Assembly: GCF_964204645.1 (NCBI RefSeq)
Contig: NC_134025.1
Coordinates: 25,586,299-25,650,298, forward strand
Direction of reading: 5' to 3'
DNA: 64,000 bases
Origin: Tubulanus polymorphus
Lineage: Eukaryota; Animalia; Nemertea
Shown here one piece after another: positions 46,701 to 57,906 of this stretch. Below the pieces are notes generated by a model, which worked only from the letters and a program-made list of their open reading frames with translations, did no database searches and was not told where the DNA came from. Each line of letters starts with the position of its first letter. Within the stretch, counting starts at the first letter, position 1. A program made the translations under genes and the position numbers.

Positions 46701-49700
46701 TAACTAAATCTTAGATGATATGCTCGAAAAAAACCTGTGGCGCCTTTCATAAGTCCTACATGATAGATGATATTCTATACATTATTCTAAACGACTACTT
46801 CATATTACAGAAAAGATTTCTTTAACATCGTCATGAAACTGTATACGACTGCTATGGCTCAGCAATTGTTCTAAAGTTCCCGATTTCAGGGGCCGAAAAT
46901 ATCCATAAAAGTGGAAGACCTTCTTCGGAATAGCAATACGAAATAAGAACGATAGGTTGCAGCAGCTAAAATATGAGTATACTGGAGTACAGTCTTAGAA
47001 TTCTCCTACCGAAATATCAACTAATTCACAAAAACCACCTTGCTGATGAGAGCTACTGCCAGTTGATTGTAAATAGATATTGCTAAATCCAACCACATGA
47101 TATGGTTTCCAAATATGTCGTGTTAAAAAGTTGGATTGAACATTGAACAAAAATTCTAATAACAACTGCAAAAATTTCGTCGTCTTAATATATGAATATT
47201 ATCTTTTGATGTTTGGAAGAATATTTTCAATAGTTCAGAAGGTTTGATGAATATATTGATTCTTTCAAAGAGGCTTGGTGCCTTTAACTTATATAATTTA
47301 CTCTCCGATTTTACAATGCCAGCGTTATTTTACAAAAAAGCAAAAAAGAAATTATTAGTTGAGTTACATAAAAATGCAACCACAGAATCACAAATTGCAA
47401 GTCTGATATTCATTCTTATACGAAATACACAATTTCTATAGAGGTTAATTTACAAAAAGTGAATTGCATGGAGCATGCGTCTTCATATCCAAAATTGTCC
47501 AGTTTGATTTAGTTATTGATTAGTAAAACTTTTAAAGATTTTCGATTATTTAGTTTTAGTAAAACAATGGTCAGAAGAGTGGTGGCGGGTTGTTGACATT
47601 CAATATGGGACTTACCATTTGGTGACTGCTTTCTTGAAGGTTTTCTTAATTCAAGAAATACAAGCCAATCGAAGTTACTCGGAATTTGGCACAATGATTG
47701 GAAAAGCAGGTATATCAATTGTCATTACAATGATGTCGAATACAAATAATACTTAGCCTGAGCTTCAATCATTTATATAAGATTGTGGATGTCGTTGTCA
47801 ACTTTACAAATAAAGATGATCACATATAAATATCTCGTCAATGTAGACCCAAAGGATCACTGAAGAAAATTGTTTCTACGAAAGGATAAAAAGACCATCC
47901 TTACCTGTGGGATGCTTTGTCTGGACAGGCAAATTATCCACTTGGATAGTTGCATTTGGACCAGAACGAGTGAATCGAATTACGTGGTATTTTCCATCAT
48001 CGACTTTCGTGAAAAATTCCCCAATTGGGTGGTCATTTGTTCCCATGTTGTACGTGACGAAAATCTCTCCGCTTACCTAAAATCGGATGATCGGGATGTA
48101 TACAAAAATTCTTATGTACTAACACTAACACTAATCTTTGAATCGAATTTTTCCCTTTTTGCAACCGGAGTTGTATTTATGAAGATAAAGCTCGCAGCGA
48201 CGACTGCGTAGAAACCTACGCAAAAATCGAGCGAAAAATAAAAATCTTCTAAGGGAACATTTTTACTACGTCACTAGGAACTTACAATTTCCATTTGAAT
48301 GAAATCTTCAGAAGAGCCGCTATCAATTCGAGTCAGAACAGCATCTTTATCTTCAGTAATAAATCCTAGAGCGAGTTGGTCACGTTTTGTGTCTGGTCGC
48401 TGGCTTTGTGGAAAATTCAGCATGATCAGTCCTCCACGATTTCCAAACTTGTAAGCAATACTCTCTGCAATTAACACAAAGTAAATTAAGAAATGAATGA
48501 TATTTCTAAATGCGGTTGTTACGTTATAATAAAATGGTCCAAACAACTTCAAAAATGCGTAACAGTAAGAATGAAATGATTCAAATGAGTGTTTACCATC
48601 GGAGCAAGTTGGGCCAGTATAAGACGTCATGTCACAGTCACAAGTAAAACTGTTCCATTGTTGCACGCAGCGTCCATTATTATCACAAGCACTGGGGCTA
48701 CACTGAGTGGTTGGACCTGAATATACATATATGCCAATGAACTATAACATTTCAAATTACCTTTTCAGTCAGTTCAGTCATTTTACTTTAGCACATGTAT
48801 GTCAGGTGAAGATGGATTTAACTTAAAAATTTCGCTTTTGATGTCATTTCATGAAGGACTTACCATTACAACCTTCGGCTATAAGCTGGTGAAACTCACG
48901 AGGGATGACAGAATCTTGTATAAGATCAGGTGTTATACCGGTAAAATCCAACGACGCTAAACATCCCTGAAAGCCTTGTTTCGAGGCAACCATTTTGGGC
49001 AAGGCATTAAACATCGATTTGGGAGCACCACCGACAAATAGAGGACCACTGAGATCAAAGTGTACAGCGCTTAGGTCATTTGCGGTAGTGAAGGTCGACG
49101 ACTGGCCATCCAGGCGTAATATCTGTTTGGAAAGTGATGGTCGTAGGATGGCCACATCGTGCCATTGATTATCGTTCAAAGGGCTTCGATGTGTATTTGC
49201 CGAGGTCACCAGATTCGTACCACTTCCAGTATTGAAGACGTAATGAAGTATCCCGCTAACTATCTCAATAGCGATGAAGTCATACCCTTTACCGGCATTG
49301 TAAAACAGTAATCCATTTGGCTGAGTAGTTTTGAATTGAAAATAAAGTGAAAAAGTTGCATAGATATTGATCTGAGACAGTTTCACATATGCAGTAGCCG
49401 ACTTGAACGTGATTGGCATTTGAACTAATTTTCCAGTGTTGCCGAACTTCGCCGTCATTTCAATGTTCTTTATTTTCCCATCCTTTGCCAACTCGAAGAA
49501 CTGGTTACCGTTGAACACGAACTGCTGCATGTATCCCAAAAATGTCGTGTACTTTTTGCCTCTTGGATCTTTTTTTACTTTTCCGATGTTGATATTCTTC
49601 GCTTCAAGAATACGTGCATCCCCGGACATCGTTTCTGAAAAATATTTCACAACACCTGAATAACTGAGCTTCACGACATTTTCATAACCATACAATTGAT

Positions 49701-52700
49701 TTTTGGTTGGAACGAACATTTAGCATAACAATGAAATGGAAGAAATAAATGTCCATTCTAGAGAAGTAATTCTTAAGAATCTCTTATAGAAACAATGCTG
49801 AATATGTTCCAACAGTCAGAAGTTTCCAAAACACTGCTGAATGGTTTTTCAACTCTTCTCGAACTCTGACATTTATACATATTTTTTAGGACCTAAAATA
49901 GATCCATTACTTTCGATCATCAGGAAATGCCTTTGATACAGTCATTTGAGCTGCTGCCATTTTCAAATACCCTTTAAGGATACATTACTGCCGGAATACA
50001 TAAAGCATGAAAAGTTTTCTTTAGAAAACTTGAAAATCCATTCGATCGATTTGCCTTTACAACTCTAAAAGCACAATGTTGTCACAGATTATTGAATTAA
50101 CCATGCATGAATAGACAACTGCAAAAATGTTGTCATTGAAAAAATAAAAGGAAACACCAGTTTTACAGAAAGCTGACCAGTTATGTCTAGACTATTGTAG
50201 TCTTCCGACGTTGTTTTATTAGAATAAAAAGATCTTAATCTTCAAATTTGTCGGTGTTTATGTGGAATCAATACATATATATTCAGGGGACAATCTATTA
50301 GTCTTGTTTTCAACACCAAAACTACCCTGATTTTCACTTAATTTACAGCACAACATTTGTGAAAAATAGATTCATTATAGATAGTTTGTCGTGTAATTCT
50401 AATTCTAAAAAGACCGAATTTTGTGGATGCAAGAATTTCTTTAATACGTTCGTATAGTTCAGCAAGTGTGTTTAGCATTGTTCGCTGTGATAGTGTATGT
50501 ACCTTTTTACTTCGTAAGACGCTAAGAACATTGATGAATATTCAATAAGCAAAATAACAATGTTATACTGATGGTAATTATAATCAGACATGGTTGCATT
50601 GATAGTTCAAACATGATATTTCATTTTTTCATCTACACAGACATCGACTAAGCATGCACGATGACAATTTATTGCTAAAATACGTAATGCAGTAGATGAT
50701 TTATTTTCGTAAAAACCTATCACTTTAGTGTGTGCCTCGAGACTTATTGTGCGTTACACATATCAATTTTGAACAACTTCACAATAACAAATTAACATCA
50801 TTTACAAACATTTCAATATATGAATGTGATGCCTAAATGCCTTCTATTGTGGACTCTAAACTCGTTTTTAAAGTCCATGCTTCTACCGATCTCTGAAAGT
50901 CAATGGGAGAACAGATTTCAGTTAGTATGGACGACTTCCAACATCAGCATTTTGTCACCACGTAATGGAAGCTTTGAGTAATTTGTATGCTCCTACTATC
51001 CATCATTTGCGCCCCACAGTCAACTTGCATGGTCAGGATGCGAACATAGCTGGGGTAGTCTATCGTACTGCGTCGTCGGAATAAAAATCACCGTCTGCCT
51101 TGATTTGGAAATTCTGGGTAAGAAAGATAAAACAACACGCATTTGTTTTCATTATTTACGGGCCATCTCACATTCAACGACTGATGGGAGTTTACCTGAA
51201 AAAATAAACTACTTCGTGTGAGATTAGAGACCGAAATAACAGACGATATCGAAGTTTAAATCGATGATGAATCGAGAGTTTATCGATATCGAAGAAAATG
51301 TAAAGGACGATGAAAACAACGCCGTGAAAATCAATAATAAGGATTCAATTCACAGGAAATTAAAGCAGATGCGTTAGGTTAATGAAGATTCACTCAACAA
51401 ATTAATGAAATATGCCGTGGTATACATCCAACTGGTAAACGTCGCTGATGATGAGAATGTATAGAAACAATGCACCGCATGGTTATTATTCCGAGTTCTT
51501 TAGCTCAAGAATCAGAAAAACCTTGTCAGCTGATGAAATATTAAGAAAAGAAATCGGTTGTTTATTCACGATGACGCCACCATCGGAGACAAATGCATCA
51601 GTTAATCTGAAACTGTGAAATAGAATTTTAGTGATACCTAGTGACATAATTTGGGCGGTTTTTGCGTTCTTTCGAGTAGGGAATTTCGTTTCCTATGAAG
51701 TATATTTTCAGCACGAAAACCGAGATCGAAGGCAATTCATTTTAGGCAAAACGCATGCAATTCACGCATGCAAAAATCAGTTGACCATGCACAAACTGAA
51801 AACCAGTCTCTTTTTTGTAGTGATGCAAGAAGAAGTTTCGTCTAAAGTTAGTAACATGCAAGACGTATTAGTAGAAGCACTCATTACCCTACGTTATCAT
51901 CGCAAAAATGATGACCTATGATTTTCATATCACCATCCAGCCAGCATGCAATATATTTATATGTATATATCATGTATAGATGATCAGGCGTTAATTAATT
52001 TGCAATGCAACCATGATCATGCGATAAATATATAAAAGAATAACTCGCATGCTACATGCTTACTCATGCACGGCACTACGCACATCACTCAGAAAAACAA
52101 CATGCATAAATAGAATAGAGAAAACACACGAAGAATATGCAATTTCAGCCAGTTTCATAATAGATTGAGATTCATTCGCTTCAATAAATCTTGACTAACT
52201 ACGTGTATATATGTATATATGTACACGTGATGCACTTTTAGTCTTCAATCACGGTTCATTTATTTTCGATTCCCATCCACGAATTTTTCATCTAGCCGAT
52301 AATTTGCTTTGGAATGATTTATTGGTTCGAGAAAGTCAATAAACACATTCAAGAATTACAATTTGTCAGCCGATACGCATTCGAATACATCGAGTCCCTC
52401 GAGTGGTGAAAATGATCTAATGCCGAAATACTCAGTAACATGTTTTGAATAAATTAACCCATTTCTTTTGTTGGGTACTTTATTTTTTTGTGCAAAATTA
52501 AAACTATAATTTTTACTGACGCGTCATTAGAATCGCAACGAAATGTATCACGCATATTCTGAATAAACTTCATTAGTTCTGAAATTTTTTTCGTCAAGTT
52601 TTTCCTACGCTTCAATTGCATATTTAATGCGAGAATGTATATTAGTCAGTTAATAATGCAAACCAGCATGCAAGCGCAGAAGATCATGCAGCATTTTACG

Positions 52701-55700
52701 TAAACATGCAACTGTTATCATGATCACGAGCAGCCATTTTGTTGTTATTATTCCGGAAAGCCATGCAATTGGATAAAATAAGCAACAAAAAAAACGAAAT
52801 TCACTACAAATATGACTCGACGAACGGAACAAAAATAACGATCTCAAAGCGTAAAACTTGTCAAATCAAACCATGAAACCCGTGATTTATAATAGAAGTT
52901 AAGTCAGGTAGGCGCTCTCGTAGTTCCCAGCTTTAAACGAATCGACCAGAGGAGGTTGCCATGGTTTGATTAAAAAGAAATCAATTTCAAATCATTCTTT
53001 ACAAAATAGACAAGAATTTGAAGCTGGGAGGCAAAACCTTTACACAATCAATATAGTAGTTGGTGAGCACATTAATTCTCAAGCAAATTGGTAAAATAAG
53101 AAGTGTTATATAAAACAAGAAATAAAATGAATTGAGGAGAGGTTGGTAGGGGAAGGTGTTGGAGATCCCGAGATGAGCGTATATTACCGGCACATCTTCT
53201 GTGCAATCGTTGAGTGGTGTCGTGGTGTCGGAGATTGGGGAAATTTGGCATGCAATTTCACTTCGAAAAAGAACGTGGCGTTAACTTATTGGCCAAGGCA
53301 TGCCATGTGACCATGATAGCTGGCTTGCATGCAAAAACAGACAAGAAGTAGCGGAAAAAGAAAGAATATCAAGGAATTTACCAGGAGATACATTAACATA
53401 GGACCCCACATGTATCGCAGAGATATGTATCAAAATGCCAACTTTCTTCGGCAGTTTAGCTAGAATGAAAAGTGAATAAAATACATCAGTAAGGAATATA
53501 TAATTCGTTTCAAAGTTCTTTATCGGTGTAACAGAAAATGCTTCTTCAATTAAACACTGACAAGACACATTATCAAACGCGTAAGAAGAAACTTTATCAA
53601 ACATATTCTTTTTCCAAACTGTTCCGAATTGGCCACACCATCACATCCTCCACAACCCAAAAAGAATACCATCACCAAAAATACTAGAATGACTTAAGAC
53701 CCGCGCTACTTATATACCAGCATTTATATATACATTATTCAAATATTTGACGGGAGTTTGTGCTGAAAGGTGAAATTAAAAGTTGATATTAGAGCAACAA
53801 TTCTCATACATATACTGACCGAATGAGTAGAAATACTGAATGGAACTCGAGAGCGGACAAGTGATTAATACCAAACGACTAAAAAATCGGAAACGATATC
53901 CATTCCAATCGAAACGATTTCCTTTCAGAAATCCGAGAAAGTATGTGATTAGTCATGACCCAAGGTGGCCAATCAATCCAAGACGTCACGGGCGTAGCTC
54001 GTTATTTTCACACCATGATTGAAAGCAAAGATCATCAGGAGTTAATAAGCTGGCCGATCTCGCAAGGGCTTTCTCGATAATCACAAGTGTCATTGTAGGT
54101 TATTGGCCCGGGCTTTAGCAATGAAGTGGGAGGTGATGTTTCCTTATTGCCAGCATACTGCGAATACGATAAAAATCTAAATTGCCAGCTCCAGAGACGT
54201 TCTCATCCGATGGGAATTTCAATCAAGGGTTCTTTTCTCGTAGCAATAAATTTCACTATGAGAGGGGATCCGCGGCATATTAAACCATAGGATCCAATAC
54301 GATTTACATAGCGGCAACAGTGATGACATAATCAGATAAAAATCACAACTAATAAAACGCAAACATTCTATGCAACTTTCACTGGAATTTCAATTCAGAA
54401 TTAATGGATTTCTGAGATAACTTAGGAAGAAAATTGCGGCGCAAGTCTTTCGCCATCGACGCGCACGAAATTTATTACTCGCCATAAAGTTTCTCGGATG
54501 CGCCTGTAATAGTGATAGTTTTCCATACCGACCATAAAGAAATGAAGAACAATAATTTATAAACCTCCAGGGCTACATTTCCTTAATCCGCAGCGCAGCT
54601 GTAAGATAGACTTAAGAGACGTCCAAATAGAATCGAATCAGTAATGTATGTAATGGTTAGTATCATATAGAGGAATAGATAAGTCTTACCTCTACGGTTT
54701 TCACCATCCAGTTGTAATTTAATGGACCTCGCTTTACGTAGGATTTTGATAGTGTGCCACTTGTCGTTGTTCACGTGGTTTCCGACGCAGATAGCCTGTA
54801 AAATATTCTTTAAGCTAAGTACACGCTATCTTAGGCAAACATATCAATAGAGTTTGATCTCTATAGAACGTCTATATCTGTGATCAAGAATACGATATTT
54901 GCTGTGATCTGTAGGATCACATCGATTATGTTTGTTTTTACTTCTTATTTCTACACATGTCTGTCACCATCCATGGATAAAAAAAAATCTATATCGCATG
55001 ATCACTTATCTGTAAAAAATGTGAAGTTATTTCGGTCATGAAATGATAGATGATAGCTTCTAGATATTCAACCAATGCATTTGGTTAAAAATCTCAATTT
55101 TCTAAATTAGTTTCCAAAATGAAAATGAATTTCATTTCTACGATGCCAATAGCTTGACAGCTTAGCGCATGCCTTGTTGATTGATTTCATTAATCAACGC
55201 CGCGGTGGAAGGTTAATTGGCGTATTTACTTGAACATTTCAATATTCGAAATGGATCTAAAAATAATTTTTCCATCGATTGATCGTCCGCCCTTTTCTCG
55301 TCTGCGGCGCCTGTGTTTCTCGTAAGATTTATAGTTAACTGATGAAAATGCGGAGAACAATTAGAAACGCATTAAGATCGATTCGTGACGACTAGACGTG
55401 ATAATAACGAAAAGAAATAGAATATGATACATTTCCAATCACAAACTCCCGTGTTTGTGATAATCATATGGTGTAATTTGTCATGAAATGAATACAATAT
55501 GCTATTAGCTTGGGAAACGAATGTTTAACTAATCAATGCGGAGCCACTGCCTCGAGCGCAATGTAACACAATTCTCTTCGTTGAAAATAAAACTGAATTG
55601 AAAAGAATTAGAAAAAAAAACATTCGATAATAACCGAAATGAAGAGATGCCCTAGGAAATGTTATTCATAGGTGGTTACTGAGAACGCGCCTTATTTATT

Positions 55701-56352
55701 ATCGAATGTAAAAAGTTGTGTCTGTATTTTGTCTTGATTGTAATACATCAAATTCATCGCCAGACAATAGAGTATCACGTAGTTTTATGTAGTAAAGGTT
55801 TCATAAGAACTTAGTAGGCAGAAAATGGATAGATAGAAGGATAGGGACTACTTAAACTTAGATATCCAGTACGCCTGATGATGGCTAACAGTTGTTAGCC
55901 GAAACGTCGCTCCTCAAATACAATCATTCTGATATAGAATTTTTCAATTTTGGCTTTGTTATTGTGGGATTTCTCTCGTCATCATCATACACGGATATTG
56001 TGTAAATTCTCGTCTAATTAGATATCTATCTTTGGATCTGGGGTTTAACCATCAGTAGAGTTCAATCTTTACTGAGAAACTTCAATTCCTGATTTTTAAC
56101 GGGATGTATAAGGCAATCTCGAGATGAATTTTACCTTCTTTCCACTTCCCAGATCAATTTCAAGACAAACTCTGCTGTTATCAATTCTCAATTCCATCCG
56201 GTCTTTCGTACGTTCTGACGTCGTCGCGAAAAGCAAGCCAGACGGTCGCTTCGTGCGGAATCGTAGCATGACATCTTCAGTTTCCGTTTGAGACTCATCT
56301 GGCATTGAAATGAGCACATATTGAGTTCCATCAAAGCTTAGAGTAGCAGCAG
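40793..56352 (-). CDS. NRXN1: Alpha-neurexin (Nrx-1 type), 3' partial: LNS4-LNS5-EGF-LNS6-stalk-TM-tail; 5' exons lie beyond the window
   Basis: Exons 56135-56352, 54690-54795, 48864-49634, 48597-48716, 48286-48464, 47905-48076, 44339-44461, 43569-43683, 43363-43465, 41566-41744 and 40793-41423. Motifs: [87 protein letters not shown]-terminal KEWYV. Confidence 0.96.
42781..42810 (-). CDS. Candidate 30-nt neurexin stalk microexon ([10 protein letters not shown])
   Basis: ttgcattgctctgcatgatgtattctgctgtgttttcaag|GAGGACACCAGTACGGGTTACTTCAGTCAG|gtaaaa. Phase 0-0, matching the flanking exons. Confidence 0.7.
52064..52075 (-). CDS. Candidate 12-nt neurexin microexon (V-P-C-M)
   Basis: tttatgcatgttgtttttctgagtgatgtgcgtag|TGCCGTGCATGA|gtaagc. 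Phase 1-1, matching the host intron. Confidence 0.45.
   Translation of the reverse strand, partial: CRA
53382..53459 (-). CDS. Candidate 78-nt alternative neurexin LNS4 exon ([26 protein letters not shown])
   Basis: cttttcattctag|...|gtaaat, phase 1-1 and open. The hydrophobic pattern parallels [18 protein letters not shown] at the start of the next constitutive exon. TGCATG lies ~50 nt downstream of the donor. Confidence 0.5.
55873..55910 (+). ncRNA. Minimal type-I hammerhead ribozyme motif (Penelope-like element remnant)
   Basis: CTGATGA (55875-81), then stem ggctaac/gttagcc, then GAAA (55901-04) and CGTC. Helix I is only ~2 bp, so the copy may be degenerate. Confidence 0.6.
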
Positions 56353-57647
56353 CTGAAAAATAGGAGATGATGATGGATTCTTGAATTAAAATAGGTTTTC
56401 ACGCATGAAAAGAAATCGAGAATTCCCAGCACATACTCGCTGAGAAATTAGCATTAGATTTGATAGGAAATGATTTGGTGATGTGATCGGTTTCAAATTA
56501 GCGAGATGGTTGTAAAGTAGATGGCTTCAAATATCCAAATCTTTTTCGCAATTAGAAAAAATACGGTGAATGAGTAGAGGGGACCAGCTTATACGCTGTA
56601 AACATTGGCTTATACACCGTTATGCCGGAACAGTTTCTCCATTATTAATGTCCATCAAAATGAATAGCAACAGATGATCGGTGGAAATGTGTTTTCACAG
56701 TAAAATAGTCATAGTAGTAATGCAAATATTTTACTTTTACCCATGGGTCTATAACAAAGAATAGAACACATTCAGTGTGAGTAAATTTGCCTTGTCAATT
56801 GCGAATAATATCGAAGGTCTGATGGCCAACATTAGGTTGTCATTATGGACTAATGGCTTTCAGATGGTAGCGTGCCATGGCATATTAAGGCCGATCATTG
56901 CAGCAAGCCATGATGTACTCGGTGAAACGGAATGGATGTGGGCAAGTCATTTACTATCCAGCCTCAGTTGAATATGTTTTCCATGGTGCCATCGGTTTGG
57001 CGTCCTTGCACAAATATCACCTAAGTCCAAACGATGGTAATTAACTAAAGGTTGTGCGTTCATGTGTACTATACGGTGTTGTCGCATCTGTGCATATGTT
57101 AATAGGATCGTCGTGGAAACACGGGGAATCCCTCCATCTATGAAAACCCGTTTCATTATTCGCGAGGATTTTTTTGTCACTGTAGCATGGTTGATGCATT
57201 TGATGGATTTAGCATCATCTAATACGACTGATGGTTGTATCTGAAGTGGGAAAGATTGCATCTTGTTTTTTTTCTTAATCTCAGTGATTCATCACTCGAC
57301 ATCACTGTGGCAAAGCGTTACACAAACGCGGCGGATATACATGCAGCCATGTTTAACCAACTTGCCAGAAAAAAATCAACCGATAATGACTATCACGAAT
57401 GATGTCTCACGTAACATCACAAGAACTTTCTAACCAGCTCACAATTACCACAGCGTGTCAAACAAGTAGCATTAAGTGTATCCGCTCTAACGAAACAGAG
57501 AAATTTTCGTAAGTGGTAAATAAAAAAATTCTATACTTGTCATTACGTGAATTCATCAAGATTTTTTTAAGACAGCATCATCTATTCAAATACCACGAAC
57601 AATGAGGTACCGACAAATCACCAAGTTGCGCAAATAATGGTCGGTTC

Positions 57648-57906
57648 AGGGGCGGATCGAGGAAAATTGGAAGGCCGAGGTCCAGAAGAAAAGAAAAGGC
57701 ATTTCTCAGATAAGCCTCTATTGGGGTTTCGCGTGGTTCCGCCCTCGGTTTTAGATATTTTTGAAGAAATACATACGGAAGGTTGCAATTTCCGTGAGGA
57801 TGAGTGTCAAATCTACAGGTTTTAACGATCTCTGTCGTTACAAACGGACGACCCCAATTGGAAGACAGGAGTCCGGACCCCGGAGATCACCCCTAAATCC
57901 TCCTCT
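57648..57906. mobile_element. Non-autonomous DNA transposon (MITE), ~260 bp
   Basis: Imperfect TIRs aggggcggat / atcctcctct, an internal gtccggac palindrome, and a flanking duplication gtcggttc (57640-47) / atcggttc (57907-14). Confidence 0.7.

Noticed and set aside
47615-47680. Candidate SS4-like exon ending at a strong GTAAGT donor
   Set aside because: None of the upstream AG acceptors gives a frame-preserving phase-1 exon (lengths 10, 13, 17, 29 and 62 nt).
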